DNA of 63,791 nt, the filler included, from Octopus bimaculoides (taxonomy: Eukaryota), in the NCBI RefSeq assembly GCF_001194135.2. It is 8 parts of 8 records of this genome, joined end to end, with 100 filler letters (N's around TTAATTAATTAA, not from the genome) between each part and the next. Parts side by side here need not be neighbours in the genome. Positions count along the whole stretch, not along the records: positions 19,592 to 36,579 come from NC_068986.1; positions 36,680 to 47,625 come from NC_068984.1; 6 more parts are not named here. The stretch is one strand, 5' to 3'. Below, in pieces: positions 25,951 to 37,498 of this stretch. The stretch's first letter is position 1, and each line of letters starts with the position of its first letter. A program made the translations under genes and the position numbers. Under the pieces are notes generated by a model. It saw nothing but the letters and a program-made list of their open reading frames with translations. It was not told where the DNA came from and ran no database searches.

Positions 25951-27179
25951 AAAGTAAATAAAGTTGGAAAAGGCACAAAAGTATATTTTAGAGAATGTAT
26001 AATATTTTCATTACGGTGAGTGATTTAAAATATAACTGGTTTCTATGTTTAATAAGATTGATACATCGAAACCGGTTATATTTTAAATCACTCACTGTAA
26101 CAAAAAAAGTCTTTTCTACTCTAGACACAAAGCCTAAAATTTTGGGGGAGAGGGCTAGTCGATTAGATCAACCCCAACACACAACTGGTACTTAATTTAC
26201 CTACCCCGAAAGGATGAAAGGCAAAGTTGACCTCAGTGGAATTTCAACTCAGAACGTAAAGACAGACGAACTATAACAAAAATATTAAACATTCTCTAAA
26301 ATATACTTTTGTGCCTCTTCAAACTTTATTTACTTCTTTTTTGGTTTATATGGACTCAACCCTTTTTCAACTATATATATATAATGGTTTGTAAAGGTAA
26401 GATCCTAGGGTCCAGGTGTAGGAAATTTCAAGCAGGTATAAAAAAATAATAGTGGCTTATTGAAATAGAAGTTTGTAAATTTTTCCCATATCAAAATTCG
26501 ATAAGCTGAAAAAAGTTATTTAATGGTTCACAAATTGAAACTGGGGTTGCTATGTATGTGAATGAAAATCCAAAATTAAGGAATGGAGTAGATAAAATCC
26601 AGGCTACATCTGTTTCCTTGCTAGCAGAACTTTGGAAGTAGCAATAACTCAAGGGGTACTCCACTAGCTACTCATCAGGCCAAAGAACCTCAAAAGTAGT
26701 AACTACTCAACGAAGGATACACATCAGGCCTAAGATACTTTGGCCTGATTTAATATAGTTTAAAATCCATGGAGCAAAACATTTTCAGCAATTCTGCTAC
26801 TACTTCAGTTGACAGAATAGCTCAAGAGCAGATTTCTTTACTCAGCTGGGTCTTATTGTCTACATACGCTGCATGAATATCATTCGGCCGGTCCTTCTAT
26901 ACCAAGTTTGATATTTACGTAATATTGTTGTGTGTGTATATTATCCCAACTGACAAAGTGCCTCACTTTAAGTACCTAATTAAACTAAATCTTACTTGTG
27001 TGTGTGTGTGTACGTGTGTATATGTGTATGCATGTGCATTAGTGTGTATGTGTGTGCATGTGCATATGTGTGTGTGTGTGTATATGTGTGCATGTGGGTG
27101 TGTATATGTGTGCATGTTTGTGTGTATATGTATGCATGTTTGTGTGTATATGTGTGTGTGTCTGTATATATTCTAGCAC

Positions 27180-28016
27180 CCAAACTGAACTTCAGTGCTC
27201 TTGCAAGTATAATTTCTGCGTTTGTTATGCCCTCCTTAGTGCCCTGGATGACTGTCCCAGTTGCCAGTACCTTGAACTGGTCCTCTGTGTATAAGTGTGT
27301 GTGTGTGTGTATGTGTGAGAAAGTGAAGCCAGAATGCGGCTGTTGTGTCTTGTGTGTGTATCTTGGGTGAAATTCTTCTCATCTGTGTAAAAGATCACTC
27401 CAGGATTATGTTTCATTTTGTTCAAGATGATATTCACCCTCTCCAACCTTCTAACCTTTTGTCCTGGAGTAACAAGGTGTCTCACTGGTCTCACTACAAT
27501 TCCATTTTCAAGTCTTCTCTCACTACTCTTGGAACTTTCATAGCCGAAACTCCTCTTTTACATGCCAAATATTTTATGGATTGAGTTGGATCTCTTCTGA
27601 TTGATCTCTTGAGATCCAGATTGAAATGATGATCCCATTTGTGGTTGTGACCTCCTGATCCAGTTTTCCTTTCTACTATTTCCTCTTTCTCAAACTTATT
27701 CACAATTCCCTTGATAGTTCTTGAATGGACTTTGAAGATGGAAGCCAGAGAATGGATGTTGGTATTATTTCTGAAGGCCTAGATGATCTTAGCCCGCTCA
27801 ACATTGCTCAGTTGAGAAGACATGGTGAGGCTAGCACAAAACGATTTCAGCCTGTTCTATTTCTAACTAAATATCTCAATGGCTATTTTACTGATTCTTA
27901 CAAAAACTGATGTCAGTATAGCCATATGTCTTATCTGGAAAAATGGAAAATTGCACATCGATTTGATTATTTGGTTTTAAGAAATTGTGAGCGGGACAAT
28001 TTCGTTGTTACACCCG

Positions 28017-28019
<3 letters not shown>
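27180..28019 (-). mobile_element. Degenerate Tc1/mariner (maT/DD37D-like) transposon
   Basis: Minus translation RKTGSGGHN...RRDPTQSI...RRLERVNIILNKMK...FYTDEKNFT. TIR-like end taccgggtgtaacaacgaaattgtccc next to a (CA)n tract. Confidence 0.7.
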
Positions 28020-28065
<46 letters not shown>

Positions 28066-28097
28066 GATATAGTGTGTGTGTGTGTCTTTGTATTTGT

Positions 28098-28297
28098 GTG
28101 CTCCACCACTGCTTAACAACTGGTGCTGGTGTGGTTATGTCCCTGTAACCTAACATTTTGGCAAAAGAAACCAACAGAATAAGTACCAGGCTTTAGAAAA
28201 AATAAATACTAGAATCGATTCTTTTGGCTAAAAATTCTTCGATGCAGTGCTCCAGCATGGCTGCAGTCTCATGACTGAAACGAGTAACAGATAAAAG
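28098..28297 (+). mobile_element. SINE family A, 3' half, CpG-decayed
   Basis: Aligns to the revcomp of 46300-46480 with CpG changed to TpG or CpA. Confidence 0.75.
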
Positions 28298-28962
28298 ATT
28301 TTGTTGATGTCGAAAATCTATAAACATTAAGAGAAGGTAAAATAATTTTTTGGAACAAGGGATTTCAAAGCAAACGACACTATAGCATACAAATATTGAG
28401 GTTTAAAAAAAAACCTTTGGATAGAAAAAGTCGAAAGCTGCTCAAGGGACTCGAACCCACGTCTATAAACTTGATAGAATGGAATTTTAGTGGAATAAAA
28501 ATTCGGTTACGGAAAAAAAACATAAGAAATGAAGAGTTATTTCCCATGGATTGCTGTTACAGGTCAATATGTGAAAACGGAGGAATTTCAGTAATAATGG
28601 CAATGATAAAACTATGGAAATTGATTGTTGTTACTGGTAGTGAAGGATAACATTATTAATAATAATGATGAGTGAAACTTTCTATGTTAAACATGATGTT
28701 TTTCAAACTTCATATATTAACATGATGTTTTTCATTAATTGTAACTTTTTACGTAATTGACTCTCGACTGACACGAAGTTGTAAAGCAAAAGAATATCAA
28801 CTGTTAAAACTGCTGTAGCTTTTTTTTTTAGTTCTTTTTTTTTAATGAAAAACGAGGGACTGTACAACTTGGTAGACAGAAAATTGGTTATAAAAATACG
28901 AAGTATTTAATAGTGGGGATCGATTGAAAGCCTTTAAGGTGAATTTCAGCTTCCCCTTGCAG

Positions 28963-29028
28963 CTCCTTCCTGTACATTTCAATACTGGTGGCTACTCACA
29001 AACATATGAGGCCAGAATGAACTTCAAT
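28963..29028 (+). CDS. Candidate 66-nt internal exon (LLPVHFNTGGYSQTYEARMNFN), product unknown
   Basis: Acceptor cagcttccccttgcag, donor gtaagc, open phase 0-0; no homolog recognised. Confidence 0.3.
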
Positions 29029-29794
29029 GTAAGCAGACACTTTCATTGAATAGATTTGAATGTAAGTGGACACCCGAATCAGCTAAAGTTATCAGCCAAT
29101 GAAACTGCATTGCATGTAGAACAACTACAGAAGTAATTACCAGATACTGAAGAAAAAATATACAATTAGAAAAAAATAAATTTAAGATTTCTTTAAATTT
29201 CCATCCTAATATGTCTTCGTGGAAAAAAAAATTAATTTATTTGATAGTGTGTTAAATCTTGTTCAGTAATAAAACTGATATACATTCATAGCTATTAGTT
29301 GGACCCGTAAAAAATTCAAGGAAAACATAAAACTGTGTACTGGTGCCATGAGAAATGTTTGTATATTATGACCGTCTGTCTTTACTTTGAGTTCAAATTC
29401 TGCTGAGCGTTCTTTACTCTTCACAAGATCTTCAAATGTTCTTGTTTACTAGTTTTATATTGGTAACTTATTCTCTTAATTAGGCATCAATATATCATAC
29501 TGACTCTGAACATAAAGCTGTGATTCTTAGCATTCCATCAATCTGCAGCAATTTTTTAAATGGAAAATTTGTGAAAGAAATTTGTGGACGAAAATTTGTC
29601 AAAATTTTTCAAAAACATATAAAGATATTTAAATTCTAATAATTTTGAAATATATAATTTCAGTTTTACACTGGTTCTCTGTTTGATAAACATATTGCTT
29701 TAATTCAGAATTTTATAAATATGATTATATTTGTGCTTAAAATTATTAGGCCCATGCATTTTCTTTAACTTAGTTTCCATTTCCTCTTTTTTAG

Positions 29795-29892
29795 TTAATC
29801 CAAAAATGGGAGATGATACTTCTGTGTCTATGCATCTGGTACAATGTCCAGAATCTGAATTTAATAAAATTATTGATTCACAGAGTACTGAG
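29795..29892 (+). CDS. Candidate exon (NPKMGDDTSVSMHLVQCPESEFNKIIDSQSTE, or the alternative open frame), product unknown
   Basis: Acceptor ttcctcttttttag, donor AG|gtaagc; a 66-nt intron-like spacer leads to an acceptor at 29958. Confidence 0.3.
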
Positions 29893-30368
29893 GTAAGCCT
29901 CCTCAAAATTTCGCTGTCATTTTAACACATGTATATAGTAATTCCTTCACTATTGCAGGTGTTACATTCCAAAACCCCACCACAATAGGTGAAAATCTGC
30001 AAAGTAGAAAAAGTACTGTACTGTTTATATATATATATTTTTTATATAATTTGTATGTATTTATTTTATTATAAATGTAAAACAACACCATGGAGGAATC
30101 AATGTAAGCTTAAATAATAAACCGCGATACGTGAACCGCGATATGGCAAGGGATTATTGTATATATGTTTATGTAACTTCTGTGATCTATTCTGCTGCAT
30201 AGATTTATGCCAAAAGTAATATCACAATGGAGTATATCATACCATATTGGTGGGAGTTGTTTTTTTTTATACATGACTGGTGTCTGTAATAATGCAGATT
30301 TATAAAGAATAAATTAATTTTTGTGAGGATGTCGACAATGCTCCAAATGTAGTTGTCCATGGGGTTTC

Positions 30369-30790
30369 ATCATCATCATCATCATCATCGTTTAACGTCC
30401 GCTTTCCATGCTAGCATGGGTTGGACGATTTGACCGAGGACTGGTGAAACCGGATGGCAACACCAGGCTCCAATCTAATTTGGCAGAGTTTCTACAGCTG
30501 GATGCCCTTCCTAACGCCAACCACTCAGAGTGTAGTGGGTGCTTTTACGTGTCACCCGCACGAAAACGGCCACGCTCGAAATGGTGTCTTTTATGTGCCA
30601 CCCGCACAAGCCAGTCCAGAGGCACTGGCAACGATCTCGCTCGAAAATCCTACGGGAGCCAGTCAGGCGGTACTGGCAACGGCCACGCTCAAAATGGTGC
30701 ATCTCATGTGCCACCCGCACAAGAGCCAGTCCAGGGGCACTGACAACGATCTTACTTGGCTTGCCGGGTCTTCTCACACACAGCACATTT
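30369..30790 (-). mobile_element. RTE 3' end / UTR copy with internal tandem sub-repeats
   Basis: Same (CAT)n-cgtttaacgtccgctttccatgctagcatggg start; duplicated ggccacgctc...tgccacccgcacaag blocks. Confidence 0.85.
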
Positions 30791-31244
30791 CCGAATATGA
30801 CAAGTTTGGAGGCCGCAACGTGAGTGTTATATGAACATAAAGATTATCTGACATCAATTTCTGGGTTAGTTGAGCTTTGCTGAGAAGGTGCTGGATCGTA
30901 TTGAAACACATATGGCCTTCCACTACATACATCATCCATCAAGGGCTTAACAACTCCCTTCAGCAGCTCAACATATCATCCAGTAATTAATTCTAAGACC
31001 TGATGGAAAAATGTGAGTTGAAATGACATAACTTTCATTACTTCCCAAAATTAATCACAGTTGCTGGAAACTTGCTGCACATCACTCTGAAGGCATCAGA
31101 AGGATCTGCACATAATCATCTGTTTTTTCTCCTGTTAGACTTTTGGTCTTGGTCAAAGGATTTCTCATCAGAGAAGAACCAAAGCATGCTGTATTCATGA
31201 GGGTTTTTATATTATACAACAGGCTGCTTTCATTTTCCATCTAC

Positions 31245-31400
31245 TCACTGGTGTTGATGTGTTTATCTCCCTGTAACCTAACAGTTTGGCAAAAGGATTC
31301 AATAGAATAAGTACTCAGGTTGAATCATTTGACTAAAATGCTTCAAGCCAGTGCCCCAGTGTGACTGCAGTCAAATGACTGAAACAAGTAAAGCATAAAA
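31245..31400 (+). mobile_element. SINE family A, 3' half, CpG-decayed
   Basis: gtgtttatctccctgtaacc...gactgcagtcaaatgactgaaacaagtaaa. Confidence 0.65.
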
Positions 31401-31609
31401 GATATACATATCATACAATGACTTGTATATTTTCTAATATTTTCTCAAATATTTTTCCTGGTATTTTTCTTACATTCCCCTATATTTTCTAACATTGTTT
31501 ATAAGCTATTTTCATATTTGTTCACATATCAATATTTTGATATATATTGCGTATTTTTGCAATTTTATACTTTATGTCTAACAATGTGACATTTATGTTT
31601 TCACACATG

Positions 31610-31830
31610 TACAATGGACTGCTGAAAAATTCCTGGCTTTGGGTAAAAGAAAATACAGGAGGATCAGTTGATTATGATTTTATTCAACATATTCCCCTCT
31701 CAGATTCACACTTATTCCAGCGGTTCTTCAGTTTTTGTAAGCCCCCTGTAAAAGAACTCAGAAGGTTGAACCTCCAAGCAGGCACTTTGCGATACCCTTA
31801 AAGCCATGAACTGTTCAGCACTCCCTCATA
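31610..31830. mobile_element. Mariner-derived MITE
   Basis: Imperfect TIRs tacaatggactgctgaaaaattcctggcttt and revcomp tatgagggagtgctgaacagttcatggcttt; about 220 bp, non-coding, TA ends. Confidence 0.7.
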
Positions 31831-32639
31831 TAGTTGTATAGTTTTCATTTTCTAAGTTTCTATACTTTTAAATTCCATGATTTTATATCTTTATTTCTTA
31901 TATACTATTATGTCTGTGTTGTAGTTTTTACACAACCCTACTGTTATATTAATATATGAGGTTATATTATGTTATTCTATATCCCTTTATCTTCCATAGT
32001 TGTTGTTTTTTTTTAAATTCTAAACAGAAAACCTATTTTAATTTGAATTAAAATATACCAGATTTTTTGGATTTGGGATTCTGACATTGAACCAGATTAC
32101 CTCAGCTAAACAATGGTTTCAGAGTTTGGTACAAGGCCAGCAATTTTAGGAGAAGGGATTGTCAAATTAAATTTTAATTTCCTTGATTTTTTTTTATGTT
32201 TAACCCAAACTGGATCAGAACTCCAAACTCCTCCAATATTGCCATAAAATTCACCCTCTACTTGGAGGTTTGGTAATAGTACTTTCACAACCCTCAAAGA
32301 TTTTCTGTGAGCACTTTTCCAATAATAATAGCTTATAAACCATCACTTTTTAATTCTAACCCATACCCATAAACTTTATTTAATTATCATTCACTTTGAG
32401 GTATCATTCTCAGTACACAAGGATGGATTTTCCAGTTGTTCGGAGTGTTTTTTCCCATACTTCCTCATTTCTATATTATTTCTTTTAATTTTTAGTTCTT
32501 TCACCTTAATTTCTTTCGCACTTTATCTGAGAGTTTTGTTTCTACACAGACATCTTAAAAGTAAATAGACAACCCTCATTATACAGTTTTTATCTCTGCA
32601 GACACTACTCGTTTGTACAATGCCCAAACAAATTGATCA

Positions 32640-34330
32640 TTAAAAGATGCATAAGGCATGTCTTACTAAAATCCTCCCTTTCGAAATTGGTCTCGAGACG
32701 GGAGTGTCTGCATAAGCAGACATCACCATCATGGTGTCGGACGCCTCCGAAGTGGAGAAGGTCAGCTCCATTGTAAAGGAATATGAATCGGTGGCAGGGA
32801 CTAAAATCAATGCCAACAAGTTAGTGGGATTGTGACTAGGAACCTGGAGAGGCAAATCAATGTCATCAGAGGGCGGTGTTGGATGCTGGACTGACAGATC
32901 AGTTAAACTGCTCAAGGTCTAGCTTGGTCCCAATTTCCAGGTGGATAAGAATTGGGAAGAGGTGACAAACAGTGTGACCTCTCTTACCCAGAAATGGGCA
33001 TAGAGGAAGTTGTCCCTGAAAGGTCGGGCAGAGGTGGCAAATGCCTACATCACCTCTATCATTATTTATTGCCTGACCGTCATACCTTGCCCCAGTTACT
33101 ACTTGATTAGATTGTTTTTTTTCTTGTGGAAGGGATGCATTCCAATGGTCAGGCAGTCAGTCTGCTGCCAACTTCCTTTGCGTGCCAGCTTAGGCATGCC
33201 ATGGCTTTTAATGCACATACGTGCACTCAGGTTGCACCACCTGGAGCAATTTTCAGAAGGTGAATGTGTGGGGGCTGTTTGTGGGACACGCCTTTCTGCA
33301 GCTCATCTCTTTGACGGAGCTGCAGTCCTGAGTATAGGATAGGCCGAGACTGAGTGCCTGGAACTTAGAATGTTATCAGGCACCCACTGTCCTTTACAAG
33401 CTGGGCAATAGGATCAGTGCATGTTCCACTTGAGATGTTTGCAGAGGATTAGTAGTGAGGAAGTACAATGACATCCTTGGGGAGACCTTAGGCATCGGCG
33501 AAGACAAACTGGCAAGTTTATTCTGGAGGACTTTCTGGTCAGGGACTGTTATGGATAATTTTCAGATGTCTTTGGCCTGGTAGTACTACTGGTGGGGCAC
33601 TGCCAGTTTGAGATAAACTCTACAGGCATGGATATGCTGTCAGACGAGCTTGTCCAAGGTTCTCACAGAGCAACAAAACCATTCTGCATGTTCTCACTCA
33701 GTGTCCAGGCATTGCTGACTTGTGGAGTTATGACGAACAGCTGCTGTCACATGTAGGACAGATCTGTCTGTCATCTGAGTCCATAATGATGATTGCCCCA
33801 CCATCCTCCTTTAATCAGGCTGGCAAAGCAGTTTTCCTTTGTCTGGTGGTTGTGGCGAAATAAGTTATCTGGTGGACAAACCTGAAAGGAATGAGGACAG
33901 AAACATTCTCCTTTGGCAAAGTTCTCATTGACTTTTTCAGGTTTCGTTTGAAATGGAAAGTGAGGGTGGAGAGGGAGGTGCTGTCCTCGAGTGAATTTAT
34001 GAAATGGTGGGTGAAAGTTGCAAAAACAGCAAGAGTGGATGGTACCACACTCAGTGTAAACCTGTGAGTCGGAAGAAAGAAGTTGGAGAGGGCTCTCATC
34101 TTTGGTATTCAGGGTGATCTTGGATGGTGGGGTTCCTTGATTATCCTTAGATGTTCTCCTTTATCAGTGGGGAGCCCATCACAATAACTTTTTTCTCCCT
34201 CTTTTCCCAAGTGTCATACACTATGTATACTTCCCTTCTTCTAATGTATGCCATGTATACTTTTTATTTTACCATTCCATTATATGCAAACCCTCACACT
34301 TTATGTCTGTCTTTGTATTGCCCCCCTTCA
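32640..34330 (+). mobile_element. 5'-truncated Tx1/L1-clade LINE (RT C-terminus, zinc finger, 3' UTR), degenerate
   Basis: SA*ADITIMV (the YADD region), YESVAGTKINANK, KLSLKGRAEVAN, FFFLWKG, a C-terminal Cys/His motif (ILHVLTQCP) and FFRFRLKWKVRVER; many stops and frameshifts. Confidence 0.85.
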
Positions 34331-34919
34331 TCCTTTAAAATGCTTTGTGGCAATTCGTCCATCTTAATGTTCAGAATTCCAATTCTGCTGTGGTTGACTG
34401 CTTTCATCCTTTCGAGGTCAGTAAAATAAATACCAGTTGAACACTGGGGTCAATGTAATCAACTAGCCCCCTCCCCCAAATTTGAGGTCTTGTACCTTTT
34501 GTAGAAATTATTATTATTAATAATAATAACAGTAATAATAATAATAATATTATTATTATTCATACCAGGCAAAATGCTTAGCGGTATTTTGCCTATCACT
34601 ATGTTCTGAGTTCAAATTCCACCGAGATTGACTTTGCCTTTCATTCTTTCGGGGTCAACAAAATTAGTACCAGTCACACACTGGAGCCAATGTAATCGAC
34701 TTAATCCCTTCCCCCAAATTTGAAGCCTTGTGCTTTCAGTAGAAAGGATCATTATTATTATTTATTTTAATGTTTTTATTTTTAATTTGATTGTTATTGT
34801 TACTAATGGTGATATTTTTACCATCATGGCCCATAACATTTTCTAAATTTATTACTACTTCCATTTGTGATTTATTACTGACCAATGTCTTATCAATGTT
34901 ACTTGTATCACTGCTTTCC

Positions 34920-35140
34920 TTCAGTCAGGGAAACTGCAAATAGTTTTCTTCTATTTGGTAGCTATGGCGAAAGAGGCTGTGTGGTAAACGAGATTGCAAA
35001 ACATACATTACTCTTTGGCCAAACCCTCATCAACTATTTTAAATTCCATTTGAAAAGGGTGGGGCTGAGAGTGCAGTGTTGTCCTTCAGTAAATTTGTTG
35101 AAAGGTGAGTGAGTATAGCAAGGATGGTCTGAATGAGTGG
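34920..35140 (+). mobile_element. Second Tx1-like 3' fragment
   Basis: FFYLVAMAKEAVW*TRL and GQTLINYFKFHLKR align with FLCLVVVAK*VIWWTNL and GKVLIDFFRFRLKW at 33830-33960. Confidence 0.7.
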
Positions 35141-35762
35141 GTTTACTTTAAGTTGGTGTCTGTAACATAAGGAGTAAGGAAGTGAGAGGAGCACTTGCTA
35201 TGGTGTGTGTAGGGCGTTTTGGAATCTGGGGGTGGCATTTTCCCCTCCATTTTAGAACTGTTTGTTAAAAATTAAAATCATTGCTGTTTTAATTTTTACA
35301 CATTTTTATGTCAATTCCCACCATCCTTTGTCTTTGTTTTGTACTAAATAGTCTCTGTGACTAATAAACAAAAAAATTATTATCATTATTTAGTAGTAGT
35401 ATTTCCCATTACACTCATAAAGTTGACTCGTAGTACTGAGTTCTCGCAACCACGTGAGTCTTTATTGAGATACCATCTCTTGGAGGCTGCTGCGAAGGTT
35501 ATCTTTTTACATCATAATTATTATTTTGGTACTCATTGTCCTGTTTCCTCCCTATATAAGCAACACAAAACACTTATCCTTTCGATGATGCAAATAGGCA
35601 TTATTTAATGTTAGTCTAATGAAGTGGCACTCAAATATATTCAGCCATGCACATGTATAGCCTTTCACAAGGAATTATGTACATGTAAGGTGTGGTACAG
35701 AAACAATTGTAACAAATAATTAAGCTGTACTATATTCATTCTTCATCTCCTTACTTACTTAT

Positions 35763-36168
35763 ATCATCATCATCATCATCATCGTTTAACGTCCGCTTTC
35801 CATGCTAGCATGGGTTGGACGATTTGACTGAGGACTGGTGAAACCGGATGGCAACACCAGGCTCCAATCTAAATTTGGCAGAGTTTCTACAGCTGGATGC
35901 CCTTCCTAACGCCAACCACTCAGAGAGTGTAGTGGGTGCTTTTACGTGTCACCCGCACGAAGGCCAGTCAGGCGATACTGGCAACGGCTATGCTCGAAAT
36001 GGTGTCTTTTATGTGCCACACGCACAAGAGCCAGTCCAGGGGCACTGGCAACGATCTCACTTGGCTTGCCGGGTCTTCTCACGCACAGCACATTTCCAAA
36101 GGTCTCGGTCAGTAGTCATCGCCTCGGTGAGGCCCAATGTACGAAGGTCTTGCCTCACCACCTCAGCC
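35763..36168 (-). mobile_element. RTE 3' end / UTR copy
   Basis: Near-identical to the 30369 copy over its first ~170 bp. Confidence 0.85.
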
Positions 36169-36187
36169 CATTACATTAATCATATTT

Positions 36188-36232
36188 TGGCCAGAGTTCT
36201 TTCATCACGCTTCTGTGACCTTATCAGTGGTC
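36188..36232 (-). ncRNA. Inverted second hammerhead motif (G8A variant)
   Basis: Minus strand: GGACCA CTGATAA G GTCAC AGAAGC GTGAT GAAA GAACTC TGGCC. Confidence 0.55.
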
Positions 36233-36298
36233 CTTTGCTCTTCTTTCTTATATGTGTCGTTAGCGAGGAGGGACACATATAAGAAAGAAGAAAGCAAA

Positions 36299-36343
36299 GG
36301 ACCACTGATGAAGTCACAGAAGTGTGATGAAAGAACTCTGGCC
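36299..36343 (+). ncRNA. Minimal type I hammerhead ribozyme motif
   Basis: Stem I GGACCA / CTGATGA / extra A / stem II GTCAC-AGAAGT-GTGAT / GAAA / stem III G-AA-C with CUC triplet / stem I partner TGGCC. Confidence 0.7.
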
Positions 36344-37451
36344 GAAATATGATTAATGTAATGTAATGTAATATAAAGCTGAAGCAAATTAACACCAAAT
36401 ATACAGTGCGTGTGTTTTTATTGGCTAAACTGGCAACATGACCATCCCCAAATGCAACATTATCTGTTTAAACACAGGATTTCACATCAAAAATCTTGCA
36501 AAATAAATATATATATATATATATATAAAAAAGGGTAAGGACCCTCTTCAGTCATGAATGACCATATAGTTGCTCCTAGNNNNNNNNNNNNNNNNNNNNN
36601 NNNNNNNNNNNNNNNNNNNNNNNTTAATTAATTAANNNNNNNNNNNNNNNNNNNNNNNNNNNNNNNNNNNNNNNNNNNNATATATATATATATATATATA
36701 TATACACGTATGTAGATATATATTTCATTTTATATATATATGCATGTATGTATGTATATATATATGTGCATACATGTGTATGTAGCATGTATGTATGTAT
36801 GAATGTATGAATGTACGCATGTATGTACGTACGCATGTATGTACGCATGTATGTATGTATGTATGTATGTATGTATGTACGTATATATGCTTGTATGTAT
36901 CCTATACGTCGTCCACGTATGTTTCCAAGTTGAGTTCGTCTTCTACCGGCTCAAGTTCTGCCAGTTTTTCAAACACATCCACATCTGGCGTTCGTTCATA
37001 GACAACACGATACTCAGTTCCTTCACTCCCATCTATCCACATTGTACACGATCGTTCTTTGCCTATTAAACCTTCAATTTTTCATGCATTCGTTTTTCAC
37101 ATTCCACTTACCCTCATAATATGACTAATCAATGCTTTCCAAGGTACTCCCGGGTTTCCCCTTGCTGCAGTATTGATCTGTTTTCTCTTCTTTTCCACTA
37201 TGATAGTCTCGATAACCTTCATCACCAGCCTCGCATTTCTAATACAACAGTTTTACTTCTGTCTTGTTTGTTAATTGTTCAGCTTCCGCCGCCATAGATC
37301 ATTACTGGATATACAATTGATTTTTACAATCTCTTCTCTTGTTCTCTATGACACTCCTTTCACTTTCACATTCATGTATGTGTGTGTGTGCGCGCGCGCG
37401 GTTCGCCTGTATGTAGGTATGATTATATGTATATATATATATGTGTGTGTG

Positions 37452-37498
<47 letters not shown>

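Noticed and set aside
26660-26700. CTGATGA cores at 26.68 kb (-), 25.79 kb, 8.03 kb and in the RTE UTR (CTGAGGA-CTGG/CCAG)
   Set aside because: None has a GAAA after a closing stem II, so they are not hammerheads.
34925-35104. Apparently perfect 180-nt symmetric exon (cttcag ... AAG|gtgagt)
   Set aside because: Its translation across frames matches the Tx1 LINE C-terminus at 33.8-34.0 kb, so it is a retroelement fragment; exonisation cannot be excluded.
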